Positions 36,943 through 50,020 of a DNA stretch of 64,000 nt are shown here, piece by piece. Within the stretch, counting starts at the first letter, position 1, and every line of letters starts with the position of its first letter. Source of the DNA: Raillietiella orientalis (Eukaryota); the NCBI GenBank assembly GCA_036172245.1, contig JAYWIR010000025.1:682001-746000 (forward strand). The letters run 5' to 3'. The notes under the pieces are model-generated. The model worked only from the letters and a program-made list of their open reading frames with translations. It made no database searches and had not been told where the DNA came from. Both the position numbers and the translations under genes were made by a program.

Positions 36943-38123
36943 GAAAAGATGGTGGCAGAGAAAAACCACAAAAGAGGAACGAGATAAAGTGGGCTCGCCG
37001 TTCAGAAAGCATCCAACGAAAACACCACTAGTTCTGGAAAAGCCGACAGTGGGGGATCCTGCCTATTTCCATACTCTGTAGTGGAGAAATCGCCGAGGAG
37101 AGAGACACTGGGTCTGAGTTGACTGGAAGATCTACTGAGACTTTTGATCTGGAGGGGGGGGGGGGGGAAGAGAACTGATGACTTCTGTGTACACAAGAAA
37201 TGGCAAGGTTCCTCGATTCACGATGCAAAACTTGGAAACAACCCCGCAACTGGACCAAAGTAGCCGCATGAACTTCTTCAACCACGTCTGCTACTTGTGC
37301 TAGAAATCAGAAACTACTAGCAGTGAAACTGTTTCAACCGATTCGTATCAGAGATTCAGATCAACAAATGTAACCTGCAACTGCCAACGGAAGCAGCAAA
37401 CGAGCTCGTGTACGCAATTTGTGAAATGCCAATGCTGACCCGATTGAGCGGTTTTATTTTCAAAACGAAACGGTTTCAGCCTCACAAGTTCAGAACGTAC
37501 CCAATCTCTCTTCTCAGTTCGCGCCGACGTATGATTCTCATTTTGCTGCATTTTCTGTTTCGATGTTGAGTACTAAATCAACAGTCCACACGCGCAGTCT
37601 GTACTTTGAACAGCAGAGGATTGGATCGCATGTGCTATCCCTTCCCATTTCTCAGGAGCTGGAGATGTGCGTTACGAAATTTCCTCCTCTGGTAACCTAA
37701 CTTGGGTAGTTCTTGCTCACGTGATGCGTGCGTTCCTTGTTTTCTATTCCACTTTGCTGTACATCGAAGTAAAGATACATGAAAGTAGGGACGCTTCAAA
37801 AGTTGAAGCGTATTGCACTGAGTAGCTCGATGTTAGACGGTCCACGTATGCTTGCTGAAACTACTTATTTCCAACTCGGTTGGCCTGCAGGGCGGATCAG
37901 GGACGCACAGAGAAATGGACATGTACAGCGGTACTGTGGAGCAACTTGCAACTCACAAATTCCTGTGTACCTGCTGTGCTGGGTTTCTTTTTAAGGGAGC
38001 TGGCTGCGTCAGCAGCTGTCAGCAGACGGGATACTGGGAACCATCTTCCGCATGAGTAAGTTTCCGGCTCATGAGATAAATTTATGTTCCATCTCTTTGC
38101 CGTCTGAAATCCTACGCTGAAAA

Positions 38124-38414
38124 CTAGTGCAGAAGTACCTGTGAAATCAAGAAACGATTAGATGAGAGGGCAAAAAAAAAAATCTGCGGAGTGCATGCGT
38201 AAATAACCCGCCTGTCAAATGCTGGGCCAAGCAATGTGAGATATGGTGGTCCACCCCTCCCTGTATCATACAAGCGGAAGTAAGTGCTTCCATACGCAAA
38301 ATACTTTGGAAAGATGGGAAAATAGTGCGAGATAAGTTTGAGAGATCGAGAGTACATCGTGGAATAACTGAGCATTTTCCACGTTCTAATAACTCCACTC
38401 ATCTTGCTGTCCAT
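38124..38414 (-). other. Putative endogenous mononegaviral nucleoprotein fragment (best match)
   Basis: FRLYDTGRGGPPYLTLLGPAF...PQIFFFAL vs avulavirus N MRLYRMKGENAPYMTLLGDSD...AQLYSFAM. Identical RLY-x7-PYxTLLG spacing. Confidence 0.65.
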
Positions 38415-39129
38415 TTCACTTCATTTTTTCTTTTTGAGTAATTAGTCAAGTCAATGAAAGTAGCTCTCCTGGGAGTTGAACCTGGATGGGAATATTTAGA
38501 TTTACTACAGCTCATTTCAAGATTCCACAATTCCAAGATCCGACTGATTTGTCACATCTGCAATTTCGATGGCTTTAAGCTGCTATGATTTTTTTTCTTT
38601 CTTTTTTCCTTTCTTAAATATCCAGACAGGCGTTTCTTTGTCCCAGGAAACTCATTATGGTTTCAAAACTTTTGGTGTTTGGAGATCAACAGATTCCTTT
38701 TCGTTTCACTGAGAAGCCGAGACCACAGCCACTATTGCCATGAAATTAGGTTTCTGAACACTATCACTTGCTCACTCTGCAATGTTGGGGTTGTGGCTCA
38801 AGCCTATTAGCAAACACGTCCTCCGTCTTTGAGGATTAACAAGACTGGGGAAACATAAAAATCGGAGACGCTTCACCTTGGTGGGATATGAGTATTTTTC
38901 CCCACGTACAGCCAAGGGTTGGAGGGGTAGGGGAAAATGGAACCGTGTTCCAAGAAGGTTTTCAAACCACTGTGTTACTCACCAATTTTGTCAAGTTTGT
39001 GCATCCAGACGTCAAAGTCATCTTTCCCGAGAGCCATCTTGCAAAGAAATAAACGTGATAAGCATCATTTGAAAAACCTCATACACGGAAATTGAATGTG
39101 AATGAATTACATGTAAAAAAAAAAAAAAA

Positions 39130-39430
39130 TTTCAAAAATTGTGGGTGCCAACAACTTTGTGATAATCTTAACGTCAACTGTCACGTTTTTTCCTTCATAA
39201 TGGTAAAGACACAGAAGTATGAGAGCTGCTCTTTTCCTAATGAACCAATCTTTCGAGAATCCCTCGAATGAAGGATCATTAATTGCTAGATAAAACAAGT
39301 ATTCAAAATTCATGATAGGATAAATCTGAAAAGCACAAAAAGTTTTCCTTCGGAGAAAACTGACTGCTGTTTCTAACGCTCTCGAAATGTTCGTGTGCCG
39401 TCGACGTTCGAGTGCCCGACCTACCATGTC
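39130..39430 (-). other. Putative nucleoprotein EVE fragment
   Basis: FEYLFYLAINDPSFEGFSKDWF vs bornavirus N [20 protein letters not shown]. Confidence 0.3.
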
Positions 39431-40269
39431 ACTGAAAAAGAAAACGACACGAACACTACTTTTATATTTCATTTCACAGAACCATTAATTTGTACATGAA
39501 TGTAAGATGCATGAAAAGACGATGAATGAAAGAACAAATTAAAAATTCAAATGCTGAAAAAATGCCTGCAGCAATGTCTTTGTTCATGCCCGAAACAAAT
39601 GGATCTGTGCGATGGTATTTTTTTTGTTGTCGAGGTTTGTGAGTGGTTTCAAAGTTGACAACTAGGCATTCTGACATACCAAAAATTCGGCACAAATTCC
39701 AAACTTCGATGGTTGAATTATGAGTATCCCCCTATTAATTCTGTTTTAAAAAACTGCACCATACTACCTATGCTTGAGCGCTTCAGCGTAGGGACTGATT
39801 AGGGCCTACACTTCACACTTGTTTCCGTTGGATTTGCCGGGAAGCACAATTTTTTTCCTCCATTTTCATGTATCTGCACATCCCCTTGCAAAACCTTTTT
39901 TAAATCCTAACATATTTTACATGCAAAAAAAAAAAAAAAATCCGGAAATCACAATAACCGATAACATAATTGTAGGATGTGAGTGCTACGGAAACTAGGG
40001 GAAAAGTTTCTTGTGAGCCCTTGAGGTAACTTGAAAAATAAAGTTCTTCAGGGCCAACCGCATGCGGCAACCACTAAGCAGGACAGCGAGCTTTACGGGT
40101 GCCTGGAAAAGGAACCGGGATGCAAATACAAACTCTTTACTCCCAAATATGAATCCTCATTTTAAAGCAGTGGACCTGGTTTTTTTTTTTTTTACTTTTA
40201 GATGTAATTTGAACACTAAGAAAAAGGAAAAAAAAAATCGAAAGCTCAACTTTCCAAATCTTCCTTGTG

Positions 40270-40660
40270 CAGAAAAGAACTCAGACGCAACCAGAAAACG
40301 TTTCCCATTTTACGAGGATCGCTCTTTCGCAAGTTGTTTTGTACAATACAAGAAAGGGTCTCGTGCCTTCGTAAAATACCTCACACCAACCCTGGTTCAC
40401 TTTATGTTTTCCGCTCCTGAAAGTGAGAACCGCTCTCGATATTCGGATATATCCATTCCTGTAGAATGATGCAATCGCTCATGCCAGTACCCAAGGCTAA
40501 TGCTGATTAAATAAGCATGTCTTCCCCTTTGCTTTCCCTCTATAGAGACCTCGCCAACTCGGAATACTTCAGCTGGGTCTTAGAAGAGGTCTTCTAAATA
40601 CTTAGCGGATTATACACAGAACTGTAACACAATATGAGCTATTCTGACTACTCATTTAAG
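40270..40660 (-). mobile_element. Highly degenerate L1/Tx1 ORF1-like fragment
   Basis: HKVNQGWCEVFYEGTRPF resembles the pre-knuckle segment LKIGNGLVDLWYVGRPKC of the ORF1 at ~13000. Confidence 0.3.
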
Positions 40661-41257
40661 CTTCCTGCAGTTCACTAAGATTACATATTTGCTACTGCAG
40701 ATCGTAATACGATTCACATGGTAAAAAATACAGCAAAAAATAAAAAAATGAAAACAAAACGAGATACAAAGCAGATTCGAATGACTTTATTCAAATGTCA
40801 TGTGCTGTCAGGAGAAAACCAACAGAGTCTGGAAACTTGAGCAAAAAATGTTGCTCCAAACAGTTCATACGAGAATTACCAATGAACTTCTCGCCATCGC
40901 ACCTTCCTATGACTTCCATTCTCATCATACACATCCCTCTAATACTTCCAAGACCAAGTATTTCCAAATTACTTATTTTTACACCAAACTTTCATCAACT
41001 GTTTTGGTATTTTGACCACACTTTGAAAATAATAGAACTCTTTAAATTGGATGATCATACATCTAAATAAGAATATAAACACCATTGCCAGAATGAGACT
41101 TACAGTCAAATTGCAAATAACTTACTGGGAAGAAAATGCTCCAATTAAATGAATAACCCTATTAAATGATCTTTGTAACAAGATGGAATGCTCTAATGTT
41201 TGCAAAATGAAACATGACCAAAAGAAATAAATACAAAAGCTACTAGACAAAAATTTA

Positions 41258-42934
41258 CTATTGCTTCTTCTTATCAGCATTACACTGTTGTACTTCAATG
41301 ACACAATGACGGGGAAACCATCCTTTGATATCCTCACTGCCCACTTTCTTCTCTCCAAACAGCCAATGTCTATTCATGAATGAATCAAATTAAAACTTTC
41401 CATTGGTCACTCACTGTCTCCAACGTGTGACCAACACTGTATCTCCTGGTGCCAGAGCAATGCGGTTCTCTCCACTACATGGTATGCTACATACAATTGA
41501 TAATCCTTGACTGACTGGTATCCAGGCTCCATTATATGAACTGATGGCAATATATTCTTTAGTATTACGCTTTTTTTCTTGTTTTTGTAAAAGCTGTTCT
41601 TTCTAGAAGAAAGTATATGGCAATTATCTACACTACCATATATGCTAACCGTCAAACTATATTGATTGCATTCAGGTACAACTGGCCATACAATTCCATC
41701 CAAAATGCTTTTCTTATCAAACACTTGCTTTAAATTCTGGCACCATCCCAAATCATAAGGATGGACAAAATGTTCCAGAAGCACCCCTTGACTCTCTAGT
41801 TCTTTTCTACGATATGCAGCTTTTTTAATGATCCAATCTTCAATGCTCGTTTGGTTAGTAATTATAGAATACAACTATCAAATGCACTTCTGATGAGTCT
41901 CATCAATCAGCAGCCTACCTGCATGCATAGTAACACTCCCACTGAAATTGTCACACCTACAGCCAAACCAGCAGCAAGCAAGCATACGAAAAATTGCCAA
42001 AATCCGATCCAGATAAGAGGTTTCTCTGTTCTCCCTTGATGCAAATACACAGACTATCAACAATTTATATTAAGTTATAATAAGACACTTTTGGTTACCA
42101 GATTTAAGCTATGATAAATGACACATATCATGCAAATACTAGCTTGGAAGCATCCACATACAGCACAGAACATGAACAACACAAATGTTGCATGGTTCCT
42201 GTGACCTACACAATTATTAATCCAAGGGCAATGATGATCCATTTTCAGAACACAGGAACCACCTAAAGCAATCTACACAACTAAAGAAAACAGCATATAT
42301 TATCCACTCACAGCGGCTACAATGATGTGCTCTAGGAGCTTTATAGCTTTTACACACTGAACACCACTGCAACACTGATGACAAATCGGACATATCCTGA
42401 TCTATATATTGTGCTAATTTCTCTCTAGTTATTCTGACTATCATTAAAAAAATCACTACCTACAGTTAAGATGCCAAGCATGGGGTAGATAACCAGGTCC
42501 CACAAACATTGTTGTAAATAAATAGTAAAGTGTTGCTCCAGACCACCATAAAAATAAAAGTAAAAACAATGTGCCACACAGGCTACCTTGATTATTCCAC
42601 AAGGAGTAACCAAGGGGTGGCCACCACTGTAGACTATACTGAATTGTTGTTAATGTGATAATGGAGATTATGGCTACAAAATATAAATCAATTTCAGAAT
42701 TCATATCATACTCACTTGAGTACATATGTTTTGACAGTTACACTATGTGAACAGCAGTTACGAGCTCCTTTTGAGATAAATACAACATTTAATAACTTCT
42801 GTTCTATGGATACGAAATGTACTTAGCTTTCTCTTCCAAGTTCTTATATTTGATATCCGTGCTTAAGCTTTCAACTTACCGAGATTCAAAATTGGACCCC
42901 AATGAAACAGTCTTTTCAATTCCTTAAACCACAT
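41258..42934 (-). CDS. ZDHHC6: Palmitoyltransferase ZDHHC6 (DHHC + C-terminal SH3-like), multi-exon
   Basis: [97 protein letters not shown]. Stop TAG 41258-41260. Confidence 0.93.
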
Positions 42935-43395
42935 TATTGTAACAGAATCACGAGAATCGCTTTCGCTTCCTTTTTTATTTCGACATATCTGGCATGATTA
43001 CATGTTTGTCCATGTTTTCCACAATGCAACTAAACATTAACGGGCACCTCTAAATACAAAAATGATGGAGAAATGAAATTTACAAGGTTACCTAACAGCG
43101 GTTTAATCAATGTTGCTTGGATATGCAATAAAAACGGTCAACAAAAATGCAATATAGAATTAACAAGCCAGTAAGGAACAAGCATCCAAATGACTGAATT
43201 TCAACAAAAGGTAACTAACAGTAATGAATTTGGTTTTTGAAGGCTCGAAAATTGTTTGGGGCTACAAATTTTTACGGGCATAAGACCCGCCAACAACTGT
43301 ACTTATACGGCAAACGCACGCGCATATTTTTCAAATGATTGCAGCAATCAGTTCTGGTGTTTTGTATCTTTGCCTGGTTGAAAATGACAGATAAC

Positions 43396-43441
43396 TCAAA
43401 TACCATCGAGCATGGATGTTTCCATGCTCGATGGTACTTGA
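43396..43441. repeat. Perfect 16-bp inverted repeat (hairpin)
   Basis: TACCATCGAGCATGGA-TGTT-TCCATGCTCGATGGTA (43401-43436), extendable by 4 bp after one mismatch. Confidence 0.9.
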
Positions 43442-44947
43442 ATCCGTAAACAACTGTTCAAGTATATCTAAAGAATATGAATATAGTATATCAATCAATA
43501 GAATAGTATATCAATCCCTTATCTGTACACAACTGTTCAAGTATATGTAAAGAATTTCGCATCACAAGGTAAAAGTATACCTATCTAATCTCGCATCCAC
43601 TGCTGTTCATTCGTTTGCCTCTCTTTAAAATCAATTAGCAGATTTACCTACGACTACTATGCTGAACAATGGTGTGTGTTTGTGCCACAGTTTTTTTTTT
43701 TTTCTGGGGGGGGGGGCTATGTCTATTAAATGCTATTTTACAGGCAATATTTGTTTAAACCACAGTGCTATTTACACATGTAGATATGTCTAATTTCATT
43801 TAACCACTTTCCTAAAAACTGAAGAAACTGAACGCTCACATTATGAGACGTCTGTATTCTTCAAACAGGAAGGATAGAAAAAATGCTCAAAATACATCAT
43901 GTGCCTATTGAGATTTAACTTCCATTTACTCCGGAACAAGCGATAGACAATGGAAAGAAAAAACAAAAAACAAATAGCTTCATAATCGGGCTAATCAGCT
44001 ACATAAACTATAAAGTATTCACCAACTACTTGGAATTTTGCTTTCCTGAATAAATTTGCATGAAAGTTGCCTATTCTTCTAGATACATGTTGATGAGTCA
44101 CCTCTCATTGATCCGCTAAATAGATGTTCCAAAACCACTAAGTTTCCTCTATCTAACAGTTCTTTTCGTAGAATTAAAATTAGGATTCTATTCTAAACTA
44201 TTACGAAAATAACGTGTCCAATAATCAGGCTTCCGTTACGACGCAAAGATATTTTCCAATTCCATAGAGCTTTATCAAACATCACATCAGGTTGTCTGCC
44301 TTAATTTTCTATTCATTCACACATTGTCTTAGTGATGGGTTGCAATTCTGTGCTTCATGATAGCATCTCAACGGAAATTTTCATATCGGAAAAATCATTT
44401 TACTCTTTAATCAGTTTAAGGGAACACACTTTCTTTGTGTTTCCAAAGTCAACTGATTTTTTTCTTCCTTTTTTTACATTGAAAACACTTGTTTTCATTA
44501 GCTTGCAGGTGCAGAAAATACACAGTAGGTATTGCAGGGATAAATGCATCTTTCATGGGATTTACAAGCCATTTTTTCACCCATAATGCTTACCTAAGAC
44601 CAAGATTTCATCAAGAATTTTTTAATATCTTTTTGATGAAGTAGTGGTTTGTTTGTTTGCTTTTTTACAAAAAAATACATCGATCTTAAAACAAATCAAC
44701 TTACCACTTATTAGTTCACGACCATAAACATCTTTCCAGGTAACTGGAAAAATGGTAAATCATTTAAGTTACCTTTAAATTATTTTTTTAATGACGTTTA
44801 AAACTTCACGCTGCTAATTACGGCAATTTTGACATGTGCATTACATCAGTGAAACCGATTTCTTAAATTTCCCACTTCCTTCTAATGTTTTAATTACATA
44901 AAACTTCAGTAATTGTTTAAACGATGAACAAAAAACCCTAGCCTTCG

Positions 44948-45360
44948 TTTTTTTTTTTTTTTCCATTAGACTAGTAAATATCCATAACTTAATCCATAAG
45001 TTTCCAACTTTTGCCACGGTCACAGTCCGGATGATAGAATCTTTTTGGCTTTTAGGAAGATATCTTCTTTTGTAGGCTGCTTGCTGAGGGTCCGAATGGC
45101 TTTCCAAGGTACTTGGAGGCTTCTGTAAGTTCGATGTTCGGAATGTGGCCATTAACCGCATTTGCAGTACCGCTTTTATGTGTATGTATGTTTTGTGTAT
45201 CTCTTCTTCCTTTAAGATTGAATATGTATCCATCGCATTTTCAGTTAGATTTTCTCCTGGAATCGTGATTTGTTTCCAAATGTATCCAAATGTGCTATAA
45301 ACTTGAGCATATTGGTATCCTTCAAGATTTACCAGTGCTAAGCTCTTGAATATATACTTT
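44948..45360 (-). other. Putative nucleoprotein EVE fragment followed by an A-run on its sense strand
   Basis: KYIFKSLALVNLEGYQYAQVYSTFGYIWKQITIPG...LKEE...FRTSNL...DPQQAAYK vs bornavirus N [13 protein letters not shown]...LTIP...LKEE...RSFPNL...NPTMAGYR. A T-run at ~44948-44962 (+) is oligo(A) on the coding strand. Confidence 0.55.
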
Positions 45361-46479
45361 AATTTATTTTTGCTAAAAAATTAAATTCCATTACCGATTA
45401 CTAATCAAATGAGTCAGTAATCATCTGAGAATATTCGAATTGGGCACTTACAACGGAGGTTTTGCAATGATAAAGTAGTGCATTAGGTTATGAACACAAA
45501 TTTAATTTACCGATTAAATAAAACGGCACTTCAGTGGATCACCGGTTCTTCTATTGATCCGCTATTTAAAAGAGCTCGGAAGTACCCTTAATTATAACTA
45601 ATAATTCAACCGAATAATTTGGAACCTGCATTTTGTCAATCCCCGGCCTTGTCAATCCCTAAAACGCTTGAGAATTGTGCTAAGCTTTAAATGCACTCGT
45701 CAAATCAAACACACTCAGAATGAAAACGGATGATCCGCTGAATTTGTTCTGTAATGTTTGTGTTTTTAAATTCAGATCGAGGGGCCAAGAAGCTGCAGCC
45801 ACTTATGGTGGAATTGTTTTTTTTTTTTAACCTTCATATAAGCCATGTTTGTCTCTGAAGAACTGATAACTTCTTTAGAAAGTTTAATGTTGTTACTATA
45901 CAGATTCCATTTGTCTCATTGCATGTAATAGACCTTAGGTATTCATAAAACTTTTCATAATGCTTACCTTTCTGCGGTCGTATCCAATTCTGCAAACCTC
46001 TTGAATCAGAAAGACTCAAACTAGTTCACGTTGTTGCCATGGAAACGGTCTTGGGAATTCAATATGCGGACTTTGCATTCAAATAAATTGGGAGCGATTA
46101 GAACAATATGCGAATGTAATAATAATAAAAATGGAGGAATTTTTTTAAGAAAATGAAATTCGGATCGAAGTCAAGGGAACTTCAGCTGCAGGATTGTGCG
46201 AGGGTTCCTAAGGATTCATGTATGTATCTAAAGTACGTGTCAAAAAAGGTATCAATAATTAACATATAGCTAACATCTTCAGAAGTGCTCGAAAGCAATA
46301 CAAATGTAAGCCAAAAAAAAAGACAAACACGAAGCTGCAGAATATGGAAAGAATGAATAATAAATGTCCTATGTGCTCCCAGATTGATTCCATTATCGGT
46401 GCATCTCTGGGTTGCAGCTTTTCTTATTTCTTAAGCCATGATTACACTGAAGAGTTTTTCCTTCCAATAATTCGTAACC

Positions 46480-47310
46480 TTTAATTCTTTCATTCTGGAT
46501 TGCTTCTATAATAAAATTATACATTTACCAAATAATTAATCCATTTTATTAAATTAAATACGAGACCATGTTTCTTCAATAATCATAAAGACCGGCTCCC
46601 ACCATCATTTTTATTTATCCACTTAACTTCATTCAAGTTTACAGTGATCTCAGAGATCGAAGTTTTTTTCCAGCTGTTTGCAGATCATTTATTTTACTTT
46701 TTGGGGTACTGAATTTCTCAGGAGAATGATTTCTCAGGAAAACATTTTTCAGTAATTCTCTACATCGAATAAAGATTTACTGTTGATCGTTGTGAATTCT
46801 AGAATTCCAGGAAAACCAAATCATCTCAAGTTCATAAAGTTCTTATGAATTCTGGAATACTAAATTCTGGAATTCACAGTAGTCAAAGCTCAATAGTCTG
46901 AGTAAGGAAACCACATAATAGTATACTACATAGGGAAATTTTGCCATCAATGTTCATAAGTTCTGAATGCTCATAAATCTCCAATAGAATTTTTTCCAAG
47001 GAATTTCGAACTCTCTTCATGTGCTTTCCTCTTTTTGAATTCCTTACAATATTTAAGTTGTTTCATATCTTCAGTTTGCTCCTATATTGTTATAAAAACA
47101 AATTATAGACGAAAAGGGTCAAAGTCAATCTCATTTCCGGATACTTTACAACAGAAGTATAATTTAAGCCAGGAATGATGCGTGATGAATTGCTTTGTGA
47201 GAGATCGCAACTCGACATTAACACCATGAAAAGCATGTGATCCATCCGGGACAAACTATATGCTTGGTGTTGCCAAACTTTCTCTTCTGGTCATGCATCG
47301 AAGTTGTGCC
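46480..47310. mobile_element. AT-rich degenerate L1/Tx1-like fragments (ORF2 post-RT on -, ORF1 knuckle on +)
   Basis: Minus strand: LMNIDGKISLCSILL and KNDGGAGLYD (cf. LSxxGR/K and KxxGGLGLxD). Plus strand ~47225-47310: VIHPGQ / CCQTFSSGHASKLCP. Confidence 0.35.
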
Positions 47311-48695
47311 CATAAATAACACAATGTCACTAGCTTGCTCTGAGTGAAAATGTCAGAGTTGACAAATCTAAGGAAAGTACCTTATTAAATTTCAGTAAGT
47401 TAAAATGTAAATGAAAACCTTAGATTATGAAGAAAAAACTCAAGAAACTACTCATCGTGAAATGAAAAAAGCCATCATTATACTTTTTTATGTAAAACAT
47501 AATATACTCCTTGAAAAAAGTTTGTCTAAATTCTATATAGTGTGATTCTGTTATTACAGATAGATTTGGCGATCCCACTTTAGGTGTTTAGGTATTGAAA
47601 GATACAGTCACTTGAATAGACAGAAAACAAGAGGAAAACATATTCGTATTAGAATGCCGTATATTTGAGGTTGCGCCTTCATAAATAGAGATCGTAGCAA
47701 TGTGATGGAACAATGAGAGGAAATATAAATTGACTTTCAGAGAGCCATAGTCATTTATACAAGAATGCGATTAGGTTTTTAAATGCGCTCATGTGATGCA
47801 TTTATTTTGAAAGCTGACAGTCGAATCATTTGAAACTGTAAGCAGTATCAAAAATGATTTCCTTAATTTTCACTATGGTCAGAAAATGTGAATCCAAATA
47901 TTAATAATGTATTCTTTTCAAGTCAAAAAAAAGGAACATTCAGGAAGAGAATTTAGAAAAAAATTGTACATTGCAAGGATAACGTAAGAACTTTATTTTT
48001 GAAAGAACTGTTATGTATTTTGTGAAGGCACCACGAATCTTAGTACTTATTAATCCTATGGGTTGTTCATTTATTATATCTTGTAATTACATCTAAAGAA
48101 GTTGAAATTCATCCTAGGTAGTTTTAGATATCATTTGAAGAGAAATTCAAATGTTTTCAACTAGCAATAATCGCGCCTCCTTTTCGTTCAGCGGCGATGA
48201 TATTGCCCGTGAGCAAGGTTCAATTCAAATGTTTGGTCATTACTACTTCTCATATTACATTATTTTAGAAAGAAAAACATTTCACTAGATTTAAAGAATA
48301 TTAAGTCACAAAAAAATACGCCTCCACATTAAATCTCCCATTTTTGAGATTTTTCCCATAAATCCACAAAGTAGTTAAAATGCTCATGCACTATTCTGAA
48401 TGCTTTCACTTGGCAACATTGCCATGTACATGTGTTTGAGAAGTACGGATTTTTCTGATTCTTACTAACAAGATCCGTAGTCTTGTCTCGTTGTTATCGA
48501 AAATAGTTGCTGATTTCGCGCACACCAAACCTGATGAATTCATATATTTGTAAACTGTTTCAATTTTCTTAATTGATTAGGCCTATAAGTGGTATTGAGA
48601 AACGAAACAATTTTTTTTTTTCCAAAGTTTTATCGTGAGTAGTGCACCTAGTGAATGTGAATCTCATTCTAAAGGTGTACAATTATTTTTTCTTT

Positions 48696-49960
48696 ATGGA
48701 AATTATACTTGGTAGCTATGAAAACTACCTTTTAGGATACACAGTAAAATGGGATGGTAGTGATGATAAGGTAGTACTTGAGTTTTTTAGCGTTGTAATA
48801 TCAAATAACAAATTTTAGCCTGAATTACATAGACATTTTACTTGCAACATACACTGTGGTAGTATTAAATGTGTGGCTAGCAATGGTAAAATTGTAGCAT
48901 CAGGAAGTTCTGATGAAAGCGTTGGATTATTAGATTTGAAACACGATCGAGAATTAGGCTCTTTGCTGCATCATGAGGGTAATTTTTAAAATTATTGGCG
49001 CCAACTTATGTTATTTAGGCACAATAACCTGCATGGAATTCTGCAAGTCCTTTCTTTTTACTGCAGCTGAAGATGGAAATATCTGCATTTGGAAGATTGC
49101 TAGTTGGTCATGTGAAAAGACATTATCTGGTCATAAGGGTCCAGTATTAGGAATTAGTGTACATCCTTCAGGAAAACTGTTACTTTCTTGTGGCAAGGAT
49201 CGTACTCTGCGTACTTGGAATTTAATAAAGGGTGCACCTGCTTATGTTGTTAATCTTAAGAATGGTAATGGTGCTTGTTCCTTGAGGCTTGATCTGTTAT
49301 TATTTTTTAAGTGGGAACAGCAGTGCACTGGAATCCAGCTGGTACCATGTATGTAGTTGCACTTGGACAGAAAATGGACATCTATGATGTGCAGCAAGCA
49401 GCAATTGTGCATTCAGTTGATTTTAGTGCATCAGTTTTGTCTGTGATCTTTGTTAATGTAAGTTGATTTTTTTTGGTTACAGTCTTATGCTTAACATTTT
49501 AGGACAGTCTACTTGCAGTTGGTATTGAAGGACATGCCTTGAATCTAGTTTCTACTTCTGGGAAAACAACAGTTATTTCTCCCACCTGTAAGGATAGAGT
49601 GAAGTGTATTTGCACAGTGCAGCCCCCAGGAAACTACCAAAAGAGTGTAAATTTTTTGGCATGTGCCTATAGTAATGGCTGGCTACGTATCTGGAGCATA
49701 AATGTAAAAATTGATCTCTTTACTTTTTATCTTATAGAAAAGTTTAGCATGAAGATTTAGAAACAGCTGTGCTTTTAACTGAAGTCAACACTACATGTAG
49801 ACTTACTTGCATGTGCATAGCTTATTCACAGGAGGCTGCTGTGACTGTGGAAAAGACAAATCACAAGCGTCCACTGGTTTGCAAGGAAACAATGGGCTGC
49901 AAGCTGTTGATTTTTAAGAAGCCTCGAGAACTGAGAAGGGGGGAAAATAAAATTAGCTAG
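48696..49960 (+). CDS. PAK1IP1: PAK1-interacting protein 1 / Mak11 WD40 ribosome biogenesis factor, multi-exon
   Basis: MEIILGSYENYLLGY, VASGSSDES, ELGSLLHHEGTITCMEF, GHKGPVLGISVHPSGKLLLSCGKDRTLRTWNLIKG, DRVKCI, EVNTTCRLTCM. Stop 49958-49960. Confidence 0.92.
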
Positions 49961-50020
49961 TTTTGATTATGGAAAATGCTTAAAGCATCCATTTGTATCT
50001 AAGCACTCTTGGTTTTAGGT

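Noticed and set aside
40050..40125. Faint 5S rRNA-like words (CTAAGCAGG...GCCTGG)
   Set aside because: Too few matches and no consistent spacing or secondary structure.
40440..40560. GKAKGKT...AIASFYRNGY as a parvoviral NS1 Walker A region
   Set aside because: Spacing does not fit GxxxxGK(T/S), there is no Walker B, and the adjacent sequence fits a LINE ORF1 better.
45090..45150. EASKYLGKPF as an RT thumb (KYLG) motif
   Set aside because: An isolated 4-residue motif in an alternative frame. The long open frame matches N landmarks on both sides.
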